NCBI GenBank assembly: GCA_030141605.1
Contig: JAQGDQ010000664.1
Location: 52,455 to 116,454 of the forward strand
Origin: Tubiluchus corallicola
Taxonomy: Eukaryota; Animalia; Priapulida
Length of the DNA stretch: 64,000 nucleotides
Reading direction: 5' to 3'
In this document: piece by piece, positions 1 to 14,800 of the stretch
Layout of the letters: each line of letters begins with the position of its first letter
How positions within the stretch are numbered: position 1 is the stretch's first letter
Notes under the pieces: model-generated
What the model saw: the letters and a program-made list of their open reading frames with translations, nothing else
What the model was told of the DNA's origin: nothing
Databases searched by the model: none
Translations under genes and position numbers: made by a program

Positions 1-485
1 GTGCAGACACTAAACCTTTTTGTTTAAATATTAAAACAACTAGATGATATGGCATTGGATTTGGCTTGAGAACATAATTTAATGAGAACTCTATAATAAT
101 CATGAGAAGAGAGTAGCAACATTAATTAGCAGCTGAAGCTGAACAGTAAATGTGAGTGGTAATTAACGTAGCACTTGTGATTTGCTTTGATTATAATGGG
201 AATATTGCTTGATTGTTTAATTTAACTATTTAAACAGCTGCTGTTATTATATGCTTACAGATTTTATTCGTTGGTGGAATAAATTTTTGTTCTGAAATAC
301 AGTAGGTGCCTTTTATTAGATTCACGGTTAATAGAATCAGTCACCTAATTGACTCAGAAAAGTTTGGTATGTGCTGCTGCTGATCAAATGTACGTAAAAA
401 CTGTCGACAATTGACTCAGATAACTCCACGTAATTGAGTTTATATTTTTGCTTCACGTACTTGTGTGTGATCAAGGAGCTTTTAT

Positions 486-850
486 GTCATCTTTACTTTG
501 TTTTTGTGCACTATAACATACGTAGAAATAGTAGTGTTAAGTACACGCTTGACTGATAGATTCAGTGATTCATTGCGTCGTCTGTACTTTGTTTTTGTGT
601 ACTATAACATACGTAGAAATAGTAGTGTTAAGTACACGCTTGACTGATAGATTCAGTGATTCATTGGGTCGTCTTTACTTTGTTTTTTGTGTACTATAAC
701 ATACGTAGAAATAGTAGTGTTAAGTACACGCTTGACTGATAGATTCAGTGATTCAATGGTCATCTTTACTTTGTTTTTATGCACTATAACATACGTAGAA
801 ATAGTACTGTTAAGTACACGCTTGACTAATAGATTCAGTGACTCAATGGG
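486..850. repeat. 91-bp minisatellite, about 4 copies
   Basis: ACTATAACATACGTAGAAATAGTA recurs at 510, 601, 692 and 783 (period 91) with near-identical units; ORF 687..932 is an artefact of it. Confidence 0.95.
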
Positions 851-1206
851 TCAAAACACTCAACCCAAAGTGAGTCTATTAAGAGTGGCGTCTATTGTAT
901 ATTCATTTGGGCTTTGGTTATTTTGCTTCTGATTATATTATAGACAGTGGGATAAAATGAGATGATAAAATTATGAATTAGAATTGTTACGAAATGAGAT
1001 CCCACTGCACACAGTCATTTGTAAAATGTGATTGTTTGTCTGTAGTCAGGAATACGATGACAAGGTGGATGGTTTTACAATGAACACTGACAAATTAATG
1101 CACCAAGTTTTAGTATTCATTTAAAAGATATGGGAATTCGGTTACGATGCAACTAATTGAAATATGTCTACAGTTAGTAGACACTTAACTTGCAGATAAA
1201 ACTTAA

Positions 1207-1723
1207 AGGAAGACAAGATGATTTTTCATATACTACCCCATTTTCAAGTACCATAAAACGTATGCATTTTACTGAAAAGCATTTCTGGTAATTAAATAAT
1301 ATATTACAGTCTTAATTAATGGCGTGCGAGCTCAGCTATTGATGACATCACAAACTTACAGAATTTTCAACAGCAAAAACATTGTACAAATGTGTTGCAC
1401 GTGTTTGTGAAAGTGAAGTACAGTGCTACTGTAAGATATTCAGTGTGTTGTACTAAAACTAATCAAGTTTTAAAATAAAAATTCAAATTTCAAATTCACT
1501 GCTGCACTCACGCATCAGCTGTCGAACATGTGTAGTTTGTCACAAACTAACACATCTGAACGGAAAGGTACAGCACCTGTTCTTTGTGCTATGCGCGTCT
1601 GAAATGCAGACACTACTGCCCGTTTAACTATCGAATGGCAAAATGCTTATAACAGTGAAGAAGTAGTGGCGCGAACGTGAAATTGTGTTTGTGTGATAAT
1701 AAATCCTAGATGCAAGTCTTTCT
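1207..1723. mobile_element. Kolobok-like non-autonomous DNA transposon (MITE)
   Basis: TTAA on both sides (1203-1206, 1724-1727); short imperfect TIR AGGAAGAC / GTCTTTCT; body repeated at about 2338-2545 (partial) and 19141-19625. TTAA TSD with purine-purine termini is the Kolobok pattern. Confidence 0.6.
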
Positions 1724-1947
1724 TTAAAAATTAGTAAGTTTCCTTTCAATATTTTGAAGACTAGGTTGTTTACCATGACCTATAGTTTAACATTGGATCC
1801 AGTTTTCTTTAATTAAATGAAACTGTATCTTAAAAACAATTCTGTATAATACAGTGTTGTTCTCTGCAGCTATGCAATTCAGCAGTTTATGTTTTTTTAT
1901 AAATATCATTGGTATTGTTGACTTACAATTACGGTATGATTTTGTAG

Positions 1948-4900
1948 CAATGATGAAGAGCGCGTCAGGTTGCTGGAGTCAAATGTATCAGAACAGGAGA
2001 CACTAAGCCAGCAGGTAAGTTTTAATATTTGTTTTGCTTGTGTGGGTCATTGTATATTAAACTTGGATTACTGAAAAAATTTGCATTTTCAAACATTGGA
2101 AGGTTTTAACATCATGTTTTCTGATTTTACTGTACCAGTTGTTGGCATTATTTTGAAAAGACAGTTTTTTGTTTAATGACTGTTTTTTGTTCAAGAAGCC
2201 AGGTCTGGTTTGGAATTCTTAATAACCCAGTCTTTTATGTGGCGCTATTATAACATTGGGTTAGCAGCCAAAATACAGTTACTGACCACCATCCCATGCA
2301 CATATAGTTGTACAATTAGCTGATATTTTTCACTTAACGGAAGACAGGATGATTTTTCATATGCTGTCTCATTTTCAAGTCCTATAAAAATTATACATTT
2401 TAACACAATTAATACTGCAAAAGCGTTTTAATAATTAAATAATGGATTATTTAACGGCAGGCGAACCCAACTATTGATGACATCACAAATTAACATAATT
2501 TTCAACAGCATTTTGCAGGTGTTTGCGAAAGCGAAAATAATACAGTAGCATTATCATTACCGTATAATGAATACTACTACATCATGGCTTCAATATATTT
2601 TTGCATGCGTTGTTGGATTTGTTGATAGATGCAGAAATTTCGAGATGCTGTGAAATCAGTTGAAGTTGGGGTTTTCGCCAAGGACAGACAAAAAGCGTCT
2701 GATAGTCCTGGACTAAGTACGGTGACAGAAGAAAGTCAGTCACAGAAAAATTCACAACAGAGGCAAATTGGTAAGCGAAGAGGTAGCTCAGCTATTGATT
2801 TTCCATTTGCTGCTTCTATTAAAAAACAGTGTGCTGAATTAAATTGGCATCAAGCTGGGGTATGGAGTCCTAACACCAAGCATATAGCATTCTAATTTAG
2901 CGAATAGCTAATGTGCATTGAACACTTTCTAATTATAACACTTGCTGCTAAACTATTGAACACTAGTTTCAGTGGCGGCTTGTAGTTAAGATTCCTGGTG
3001 GTTCTGCTTCAGAAATCTTTCTGTCATTGTTTCAATACTGTGTAAAACGAAAGAAACATGTGTAATTTTGATGTTGTGATTTGCAATTTTAAACAAACAA
3101 ACATATGAAAGTTTATACATGAACTTGATAAAATCCTAAAAAATATTTTTTGTTTAGTAATAGCCTGTTGCAGTTTAAACTTGATCCGTTCACAGTAAGC
3201 ACCTGACAACTGACAACAAACTGTGGGAGTGACAGTACTCTCTACCTGGGTTCAGACATGTGCCCATGGCTACGTGCGCACAACAACCAAACACTGCATT
3301 GCTAGAGCGGACTGCGCTAGGCTGTGAAGCAAACATCACTACCCTCACAATGTTCTGGTTCCACACAAGTATAAAAAAAGAACTAAAGAAAAAGACTTGT
3401 TATATTGAATATTATCGATAATATTGAGTGAAAATAGGTGGTGCTGCAGTTCAATAGTACCTGTACATGAGCAGCCACTGCTTATAAGTAAGCCTAATTT
3501 TGATGAGTTTGTATGTTTCCTCAAATTTGTGTCATTTAGTGACTGACTGGCTGAGAGAAACTGGTTTTCAAAAAAACGTAGCGACAATTTTGCATAAATT
3601 GGTAAATCATGAAGCAATTGTATATGAAAGAAAAAACTAGCAAAGTTATTTAGTAATGTATTCCGCATTATATACTGTGCACCTGATGGTCACCCCCGGT
3701 CAGCAGTGTTCTCAGCTGCCCCAAGAGCTAGCTGGCCATAGATGAATGCCACTTTTATTATTAGTTAATTATATAGTGGCCAGATTCGTGCAATGCAGTT
3801 CTCATGTAAAACCCATGAGTGATTGACCAAATATAGGATCAGTCTAAAATGCAAGATTACCTTGAAGGGGAATGACATATTAAGAGAAGGTCGTTTTTGT
3901 GAAATATGTTACAGTCAGAATTGATGAATTGCAGTGTTTCTTATCCAGACAGATCTGTATACCTGAGTTTACATTAGCAGACCAGTGTAACTGTTCCAAG
4001 CAGTTACAGTAAATGAAGCTCAAACTAAGAAACTACGGAAGTAGGAAGCCAGAATGATTGATTCGCATTATCATTAATGCAGATCTTCATAATGCAAGTA
4101 GTTTGTCCTAAAACAGGTTTAAGAAAAAATATACAAAGATTGTATGCATTGATATAAAAAGAAGATTAAATATGACAATTTTTTTATAAAAGAATGCACT
4201 CTATATGTGTGCAGCAAAATCATCCACAAGTCGGCAATTAAGCTTTTCTAGATATTCACATATCCTGAATCTCCATTTCATAAGGATCTTTTTGATACTA
4301 AGCTCATCACTGTACTGTTTCTAAGCTGAGATAATCCACGTTGAAGTTGAGGTACACGCTACACACTGAAAAACATAACCTTGAGAAAAATGCTGTTAAA
4401 GTTAGACTTTGCAAGAACACATTGATGTTATTTATAAATCCAGCAGATGGCTTTTTCTGACAAAGATCTGAGCTTGGCAACAGAAAATACCCGAAGCAAA
4501 ACGAATGTTTCCATGTGCTACTATCGAAGTTTAAAAATAGTTTTTCTCAATTGCATTACTGTTTTCAGTACAGGGTTATAAAATTAGATTTTAGTATTTT
4601 CTAAACATTTTCTTGATAATTTGATGCCGGAATATAAAAGTCCAGCATATTTAGTGTTTGTTTTTATAAACAATGAAAAAATGACATTTGGCCAAATTTT
4701 TGGCGCATTCTGCTTTGAAACATCATAACGTAGCTTTAACTATGCCGACTTATGGACGATTTTGGTTTGCAAGCACACGTACAGTATGTGGAGTGGGCAG
4801 TTTGGCTGGCTTTGTTTTGTCAATGTGAATGTTAATGTTGAAGTTTTTATCAGAAGTGACTTTGTATTTGTAGTTGCTGTACAGGACGATGCTGAGATTC

Positions 4901-6087
4901 AGTTAGACAGCCAGGTTGATGTTGTCAAGGAAACTCAGGAAATATGCTCAAGTATGATATTAAACTATTAAATTGAAACATAGCAGCAAAAGAGCTGTCA
5001 GTTTTGTATTCTTATAACTTTTTCATTAATTTTTTCTGTTTTTTCGATCCAAAAAACCTGGGATTTGTTAATATATTACATACGACTGCAAGTAGTGCAA
5101 TTACACACTGGCATTGTTTGCTTAACTCGCCCCTAGATGGCAGAAAAAATTGCTCAGTCACCATAGCAACACCAACTTTAGCAATGCTCATTCCAGCTGT
5201 GTGATGTTAGAAGGTACAGCAGGACAGTGAACAGCTGCTTGTCACAAACACCATGGCAACCCATTGTTCCAGCTAAGCTGTGGCTTACTGCTGAGTGAAA
5301 TTTTACACCATCATTTTTTTACAAATATCATTAGTGCACAAAATGTCCAGCATTTACACAAATAACATATTCCGGTTGGATAGTTCATTAGATATTTGAA
5401 GATACTGGCTGTTTTTGTTTAAATAGGCGAAATAATTTAATTACTTGAGAAAAATCTGCTGGTACCCATGAAAAACGCTTCATTTACTGAACAAAACAGC
5501 ATAAAACCCAAACAAATTTACCGAAAATGCACAAAACCCAAAAGATGTTGACACAAAAATGTGATGATTACAAAGCTTAAGAACCCCTCATAATAGATCC
5601 GTTGACTGTTTTTACCTGCAAATACCCTAACAAAGTTAACCAATATTTTGTAAAAAGTGAAATTTCTCAATGGCCAAGAAGTTTATCAGGCACAACAATG
5701 AAACTTAGAATTGCAGTATTTGCTGAGATGTGGAAGTTAAGAAATTGTTGATTAACTATGTGCATAAAATTTCAACAATTCGTGATTCTAAATTAAGAGG
5801 TACAAATTAATGTAGTCAGTCAGTACTGTGTTATATACATGTAGATGTGTTTGTTATAAATTATGGTATTTTTTATACAAACATATTTTTATTATTGTCA
5901 AATGGACAAAAAAACCTTTGGCCACAGTAACCACTGATAGAGAGGCCTCAGGAAGAGTGAAAAGAGCCCTGTATGTGCAGGGACATGCTCCTGTATACGC
6001 TTATTTAAGTGTGTGATTTGTTAATTGTACTTGTGTTTATGTTTGTGAAATAAAGCGTTTATTATTATTATTACTATTATTATTATT

Positions 6088-6123
<36 letters not shown>

Positions 6124-8806
6124 ATTGTTGTTGTTGTTGTTGTTACTGTTGCTGTTGCTGCTGCTGTTGTTATTATTATTATCTTCACATTAGCAAAGAG
6201 AGCTCCAAAAGTTCATACATTATAATTTCGTAAACTTGCTAAGGTTATTGAGAATTGGAACAACGTCTTGATGTTACAATGTTAACCTTCTTTTGTTGGA
6301 AAGGTACTAGAGCCAGCAATGTGCCTATCCTGGAAAAGTACACCAAAGTGCCAACGGTTTCAACAGAGCAGCGACAGAACAGCAAGAATAGTACCACTAG
6401 TAAGAAGGTAACCGAGGTAGAAAGTAGGCCAAAAAGTGCAGCATCCAGAAATTCCAAAATGCAGTCATCGGACAGCAGATGCAGAAAACTTGCAGCGCAA
6501 AAGCTAACATCTCAAAGATGTAGTGCTAAAGGGGTGTCAATGGCCAGCAAGAAGTGCTTTTTAAGCCCAGCTGCAGCTTCTAGAGGAAGACCAAGGCGTA
6601 AAGCAGCATTGAGAAAAAGTTATGCCGAAATCTCCACGGACGAGTCAGACAGATCAAGGTCCATATCACTCGAAGAGAGAAAACCCAGAGTTACAAAAGA
6701 GGAAACCCCTCCAGAAGCGAAAAGATTAAAGGCTAATACAAATGCAGCAAGTTCAGATGAAAGCGAGACATCAGAACACTTATGCTCTAAACGTAAAACA
6801 ATGACATCTGTTGAGCACAATAACAATCGTTTGCCAAATGCCACCAAAAATCATACAAACGAATTTGATAACAAAGTAGAAGGGCTTGTATTTGAAAAAG
6901 TTGAGAAACATATTCATACAAAGCCTGACAGTGGACGAGTTTCCAAAACAAACTTTATGAAAGAGCAGCATAAGGCTAATGAGCCATCAAAGTTGGAATC
7001 TGCTTTAACCAAAAATAAGCAGCAGTCGAAATCTCCATCAGTAACTAATAGAGTTCCCTGTTATAAACGAACAATGGAGGATGATTTGTTTGGTGCACAG
7101 TACCATGCTCAGAAAACTAATCCATCTAAGCCAACGGTCGTACGAAAGGACACAAGTGCTATTTATGACTTTGTAGAATCTGATGCTGAGTCTTTTGCTG
7201 GAAAAACTTTTCCCGTTAAAAAGAGTAAAAGAGAAGCAAGAGGAATGCCAAGAACTAGGAAGCCAAGGAAAGAAAATCAAGTTAAGCAAAGTAAGCAAGA
7301 AATTTTTGTACTATCACAACTGTAAAAACAACAGTTTTTAGTTAAGATATTTTTTTTCGTTGTACTGGCTAAGATCAGAAAATGTTTATGGACAAAAGAG
7401 TTTGGAACAATTTTTGACAATCTTATGGTGCGTTTGTCCTAGTGAGTTGACTGTCTCATGTTTTCTGCCTGGCAGCAAACACCGAATTGTGAACGTGAGT
7501 TATTTCAAACTTTCCGAGAGTTGTTGCAAATTGATATAGTGCGAGTTACTGTCCAATGTGAACCCATGGCTAGTTACTTTTGATGCTTCTCTCAGTGAGT
7601 AGAGAAGGGACTATCAACGCACACTTTTTGTCTGAAAGAAATTGCAAACCCCCCCACAGATGCTGCAAGTTACTCTCGACACTTCTTGCCCTGAACAGAG
7701 AAGGGAGTGTTAGCTCACACTCACCATCTGAGAGAAACTTGCAATGAGTTTTGTTCTCTAGTTTGAACAAACTTGCGAGAACACTCGCTAGCCTGAAAGT
7801 GCCATTGATATGTATTATTGTGTGTGTGCGACTTATCAATGGAGTCGTTATTAGCAAAAAACTTGACCATATACTTATCATTAATTTCAATCATAGTTAG
7901 GAAAATGATGAAATTGCTAATGAGTGTTGCGGTGTTTCAAGGATGTTATAACGCATGACATAATTAAATTTTTTAATTTTCTATTTCATAGGAAGAAAGA
8001 CACCTTTGCAAAAATGTAAAATCACCTGTTGGTCTGACAGTAGTACCAAGTCAAAGAAACAGTTTTCATGGAAGAATATGGAGGATACCGATGTAAGTGG
8101 AGGAAGTGTGTCTGGTCAAAAGTCGCCTTTCACACTGCAAAATCTGTCAACAAAAGCTATTCCTGATACGCTCAACAAAAGTGGAGAAAGGAAATCCAGT
8201 TCAGATCGCAAGCGAAAATTATGTAAGTTTTGGTTAACAATCTGGATAAATGAGAGATTACAAAATTAAGGTTTAAAGTAAAAAGTACACACATTAAAAT
8301 GCATACTGAGCTGTAAAAGAGTAAATGGTAGAATGCCATCGTATACAAGCACCATTCTCGGCAATCCACATATCAAATGAAAGGTCTCAATCTAGTATAG
8401 TCCCACTGGAGGTTTATTTTGCGAACCGGGCCTATCAGGAGGAGCTTGTGCAAAAAACCTCGAAAAATGGAACTTTTTTGCCTGTTTTTTGCAAAACTTA
8501 TACTTCTAGAGAACGGGAACGTGGTGGGTTATAATGGTTAGATAGCCCGTTCAGTTGTGGGTATTATAGGCACATTTCGATTTCACGAAAGGGCCACAGT
8601 TCGCGTTTTCCTGGACCCAACTTCCGATTTTTTGGAAATTTTGACCGAACAGTTTACAATTAGAATGATTTTATGATTTTAAAGTGATTAATTTTATAAT
8701 AACTGTATACATAATTGTAAGTTATAACAGACTTTTTAATTGTAAAGTGCATTGAGATCATTTGATGTGATGCGTTATACAAATAATAAATTATTATTAT
8801 TATTCA

Positions 8807-8889
<83 letters not shown>

Positions 8890-11800
8890 GTTGTAATAGT
8901 GCTTTCTTGTATTTCAGTCACTGAATCTATGCTGGCTCAGTGGAGTAGTCAAGAATCGCTGACGACCGAAGCGACAGATCTGCCGGTTTTTGACATGAAA
9001 CCCAAGGCTAAGAAGAGCAAAGTTCCTAAGCAGGCAAAAACTGCTAATGCAAAGGTTTGAGTATTGTATGGCATTAGTTGCTTTTTTAGTATAGAAACAA
9101 AAACCGTGCTGAACCTAAAAAGTTGCTGCTAAACTCCAAAAAGACACAAAACGACTGAAACTGCCCAATGAGCAAGAAACAAAATGGCAGCCGAGTTTTG
9201 GAATAGAGCAGGTCACGTTCAGGAAGTTTGTATGCATGAGGAAACTGTATAGTGAAAAACATTATAAACGTTTCTGGGTTTGATTTATTTCGTTTGTCAT
9301 TCATAGCCACAAGACAGTAATTAATTACTGGATAGTAACAGATAGCAATTAATTAACAGTAGTAAATATGTTACATTTGCAATCGTAACTTTAAAAAAAG
9401 ATAGCATTTGTAGCAACAACATTATTTTATTATCTAATTAAAAACAACTTTATTCTTTTTGGTTACTGAGTGTTTTAGAGACCCTGATGGTCACACCGCT
9501 CCTGACAGTGGTGCCAAGATTGACAGTTTTAGTGTTTTTCAATGAGAATAGTTAGTTAAGCTGTCAATAAAATAACGATGCTATACTAAGTAGTCGATTA
9601 AAAACTATTGCTATCGTTGTTATTGTTGCAGTTAGTTTTTAGTCGTGTCAAGTTTTGTTTATTCATGCAAAAAGTTAGCCCTGTTTTTCTTTTTTAATCT
9701 GTCTTTTTTCTTCAGATCATCTGTTTGAACTGTTTTCTTCAATTATTTCTTCAAATAATCAAATTATGTGTTTCTTCTTCAGAAACAAACTGCCATTAAT
9801 CCTCAAAGGAAAGCAAAACAAAAACCCTTCATGTCGCCGCTCACGCCAGTGACACCTGCTGTCCAAATTCCTAACCACAGCTCAGAATCCGAAACTGTCA
9901 CGGCACCTCTAAAATCTTGCACTACAAATAAGAAAGAGTTTAACGTACTTGAAACTGGAGGTGTGGAAGGTGATGCTAACACATGTGATGAAATGATAGA
10001 GGAGTGCATTCCAGCTTCTGCCGAATCCAGTGCAAAAAAGAGGGGGATACAGTCAAAGCCGGGAAAGACAAGGGTTTGTTTGTAATTTATTAATCATTTG
10101 CTAAAAAAAGGTCAATATTTATTTTTCAATAATGGTTGTTTGTTCAAATGTTTTGTTAATCAGAAAAATAGCATTATGTGGAGGTGAATATCCTGTCTTA
10201 TTATAATGAAGGATGCAATTTTTGAATGCATTTTTCAATGCCATTTTGTTAAAAATTGCATTGTAACTTATTTGTTAGAGTGTTTATGACAATGTTAATG
10301 CTAGGACAAAAGCTAAAGCTCTTATAAGCATTTTTTGAGATTGCCAACATCAAAGTAGGAAGATAAAGGGTATTGGGAAAATAAAAACATTGAATGCAAA
10401 GGTTTTATGACACTTTTGACCAAAATGACCAGAAAAGATTGACCTAAAATTGAGCAGGCTCAGCAATGAGAAGAAGAGATATATTGGACGTCTTAATCTC
10501 TAGGCCATTTGCCACGTTTCTTCATGTCACAGAAGCATGACCTAGGAATATCAGCCAGGCAGACACCGTAACACTTGATGTTGATGACAAAAATATCCAG
10601 AAGCTTGGAGAAGTGAAGACAAACACTGATGTTCATGTCCAGAGCAAACTCCAGAAACTCCTGTGATTCCAGAAACTATGTTCTTTGGAAATTGTCCAAG
10701 TTACCTTGTGGAATGTAGGCTCTATAACAAGCAGTGCAAACACTTTTCTTAAAAGTGTATCAGTTTGTAGGATTTAGTTGAATAGCATCATGCCTCATTG
10801 TTTGGGTTTTATGGTGACAAGCAAACAAAGCCATCAAGTACTGCCTAGTATAATATTTTATTGTTTGTGCACCATCATCACAGCACATACCCCTTCGTCA
10901 TTTTACTTCATTGTTAACGTGCATTGAGACGCCATATCCCAAAATTATACATTTTATCTGGAATGAAATGCAAATTCTTTTAATAAACTAATTGATTTCT
11001 TATCAAAATGTCAATTACCATGAGGTGAAATTAGTCCGAGACTCGGTATTAACTAAATAAAATTAAACAAAATATACATACATCTTTGGCATCAAATCGT
11101 GAGTTACACAGAAAATTTGTCAACACGGCATCACTGCTTTGAACACATTGAAACTTGAATGACAGGTATTTAAAAGTAGGTCGCTAATATTGAAGCCAGA
11201 TGGCACCACCTTACAAGTAAGAACAGGTAAGTTAACGTAATCTAATCAAAATGCACATTTAACTATTATTAGTTATATTATAAGAACAAACTGCTTTGGT
11301 CATTTAACAAGCAAAAATCCTTAACACTCATTTTTTTCAGGAATCTGTTTCTGCTGGCACAGGAAAATTAAATAAAACTTTTGTGGAGCCTCAAACAACT
11401 TTGCCTGAACCTGATGCTCCTGTGCGCAGCTCCACGTCAGGTGATTTACTCTCCACATCTGCTGAACGAAATGCAAAGAAGAGAAGTGCTGGCCAACAAC
11501 CAATAGCAGAAATTACAAAGGTGTTTGTGCCACATTTGTACACTACTTCGAAATTAATTAGTAGTTTGATTATTATTTTGTGTATTGATAAGTCATAGAT
11601 ATTCATTTTTTTTATAATTTTGTACACTACTTCGAAATTAATTAGTAGTTTGATTATTATTTTGTGTATTGATAAGTCATAGATATTCATTTTTTTATAA
11701 TTTTGTACACTACTTCGAAATTAATTAGTAGTTTGATTATTATTTTGTGTATTGATAAGTCATAGATATTCATTTTTTATAATTTTGTACACTACTTCGA

Positions 11801-14800
11801 AATTAATTAGTAGTTTGTTATTATTTTGTGTATTGATAAGCTGATTTTTTTTTCTACACTACTTCGAAATTAATTAGTAGTTTGATTATTATTTTGTGTA
11901 TTGATAAGTCATAGATATTCATTATTTTATAATTTTGTACACTACTTCGAAATTAATTAGTAGTTTGTTTATTATTTTGTGTATTGATAAGACATAGATA
12001 TTCATTTTTTTTATAATTTTGTACGTCAAGCCAAAGTCCAGTATTTAACAGCAAGATCTACCTAATCTTCATATATGTGGCTATACTGGTGCCTAGTTCT
12101 TTATCAAGATTAATTCTCTAAGATGTGCCACTGCGCAGAGGTGTTTTTACCACGTTCGGATGTATATACAGCCTCATTCGGCATGGCTTAACTTTGGTTA
12201 ACGCATGACAACCCACTTGACCACTCATTGATTTTTCCACCTTGTATGAACAAATCGTGGAACTCACTACTCAATAAGTGATTGGTATTTGGTGCAAATC
12301 TTAATTATAATGGCCAGATATAATACTACTTTTTCCAGAAACATGCCGCTAAAACAAAGAGAGATGTTAAACATTTTGAAAGCTCTCTGAACAGTCCTCA
12401 AATAGGTGACGTGAGTTTGACCACCCTTCAAAGTAAAACAAGAAAAATAAAAGTGAATGAAAAAGAAGATAAAGATGCTGAAGAAACAGAAGCTCACATT
12501 GCAAAGGTTTGTTGGCAAAGGATTAAAAAATAATAAATGGATTAGTCTGCAGATTTTACCAATATAAATCATTTTGTGGAACAAATAAAAAATAAAAAAA
12601 TATATCTTATGAAGCTCACTTTCAAGCAGAGTGCTTTCAGTGGTGCTGTACAGTAAAATAACATAGTTACACATGCACAATTAAGAAAATATAACATTAA
12701 TAAAATTACTTGAAAATTTTGTGCAAAACATATAAATCAATCATCTACAGCAAAGAAATTATAGTAAAAAAGTATGCCGTTATTGAAGTCTACAACAGTT
12801 GGAATTGATCATAATAATTTTTAAAGAGATGTAGAGAGCTCAGGAATCATTTTTAACCCTAGTGTGGGAGATGCATGTCGCAAATTAATTAAATACGCTG
12901 TACCATTTGTTTTTTCTTTAACAATTTATCCTCAGTAATGCAGTTAGCGTAATCATGGTTTTGTGAAGGATATTTCTTTCATTACATTTTTCTTTTTCTA
13001 AAAGCACGAAGAAGTGAAGAGGAAGATCGGTGTTTGTTCTCCTGTTGCTCCAGAAACTCCAGTAAACACTCCCCAATCTGAAACAAGCATGCCTTCACAA
13101 CGGTTTTACGTGTCGAACAGGAAGGATTTTAGTCTTGCAGAGGTGAGTGATGTGCAAGCTCTCGTCAGCGAAGATGAAAATGACGACCCAGCAGAGGACG
13201 TAAATCTGGTCACTGGCAAAACTAGAATAAACGAAGCTGATAGAACTGGTGGACAAACAAAGGTAAAATGATCAACACATCTGTTTAATAACATTGTAAT
13301 GACAGCAAAATGCCATTTGTTCTCACTTCTACTCCCTGCACTGTAATGGTTCTGTCCTTTAGGAAGCCATTGCATACTGGCATCTATAAATACACTGGGA
13401 TATAATGGTTCTGGTGGTCCGGTAGGTTCTTTTTACCATCTCAGACCTGCTCCACTTGGCTAGAGGGTGCAAGAAGAGCAGCCTGGCAGTTTATAAATGA
13501 ATTTTCCTGTTTCTGCACCTTTACCTAATGATTTTCTGTACAATCATGTTAACCATGCATATCAGCACCACCTGCTTTCGTTATAGTACATACATGTAAA
13601 GTGATTACACTCTTAATTTTTACTTTTGCAGTTCTTTTCCAATGCAGTCACACTGGTAAATGCTTTTTTGTTGCAGATACATTTAATTCATGATGAGAAT
13701 AAGGCTGAGGAAGCGAAACGAACTGCGATCACACACGAAGCAGTAACGCCGATCATAAGCCAGCCATCCAAAACTAGTACCCCGTGTGAGCCGTTTACTA
13801 AATTCACCAGTGAAGGTCGCGATATATCAGAAAGACATTCCACTGATGAATTGACGCTTGAAAATGTCAGTGATGCATTGAGGTATAGTTTTTGAAAGCA
13901 AATTATAATAATTTTTATTATTTAATTAGTGTAGAGATGAATGGTAATTAAAAGTGTCCAATAATGCAACAGGGTTATTTTCCTGAAAATGCTGTTTCAG
14001 CAAAAGTGACAAAGGAAAACACGAAAGACTACCGTCGCATGCGCGAAATGAAACACACAAAATAAATAACTTTGGCAGTAAGAAATGTGAGGCTGAAACC
14101 GGTACCAAAAACAAACTAAAGAAACAGCGGAATGTTGTTACCACTCGACTTGATGATGCATCGCCTGAGGAGAGCTTGTCAGATGTGAAGGCAAATCAGC
14201 AATCTGATGCTTGTGTTTCCCCCTTGGTGAAGAAAAGTAAGTAATTTTTATTTTACACGGTATTTTGTTTTTTTTTATATTTTTTAATAAGATTTCTAGA
14301 CAAGATTTCTGCAAAACTAGTCTATTGAAATTTGGACTGTCATTGAATACCCGGGAAATGCTCTGTGTACTATGTACAACTACAATTGTTGGCAGTTAAC
14401 ACTCAAGAAGCTAGTGTTTGCATCGGGTACCCAGGTACTTGGGTACTTACCCACATTGTTTATTACCCAAGCCTAATATTTGTACTCGGTTCCTACAATG
14501 AAAATGCAGACAATATTATTAATAAGATATACATTGTTTAAAAATTCATTTAAAATTCACATGTTGCTTTCTGCGGCACACTTGTACTGTACAACAGATA
14601 CCTACTGGCAGACTATTAACTCCTGCGATGACACTCAAACATGTGAAACTTGGTCTAAAGTTAGTTAATTATTAGTCATTATTATTTTGAACTACTATGT
14701 AACAGTATAGTTCAGCACTAGCAGCCAGCAGCCATATATCTCTGTATCAGTTGCAAGCACGTAGCAGATCAAACTATTTTTGGTGAAGAGGTGACCTACG

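Noticed and set aside
486-850. CRISPR-like array (also 11535-12025 and 52155-52405)
   Set aside because: Units are contiguous near-identical tandem copies without unique spacers; eukaryotic context and no cas genes.
1046-1105. Possible additional upstream exon of the first gene (QEYDDKVDGFTMNTDKLMHQ)
   Set aside because: Donors in this frame are phase 0 while the exon at 1948 needs phase 2; cannot be placed without transcripts.
12149-12186. Minus-strand hairpin CCATG-CCGAATGA-GG...CC-GAA-CGTGG resembling a SECIS, K-turn or hammerhead
   Set aside because: Upper stem is too short for a SECIS, the core deviates from CUGANGA/GAAA, and it is intronic antisense with no selenoprotein.
13834-13868. 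CTGATGA...GAAA with flanking GACATT/AATGTC pairing (hammerhead-like)
   Set aside because: No stem I can form and it lies inside a coding exon; chance match.
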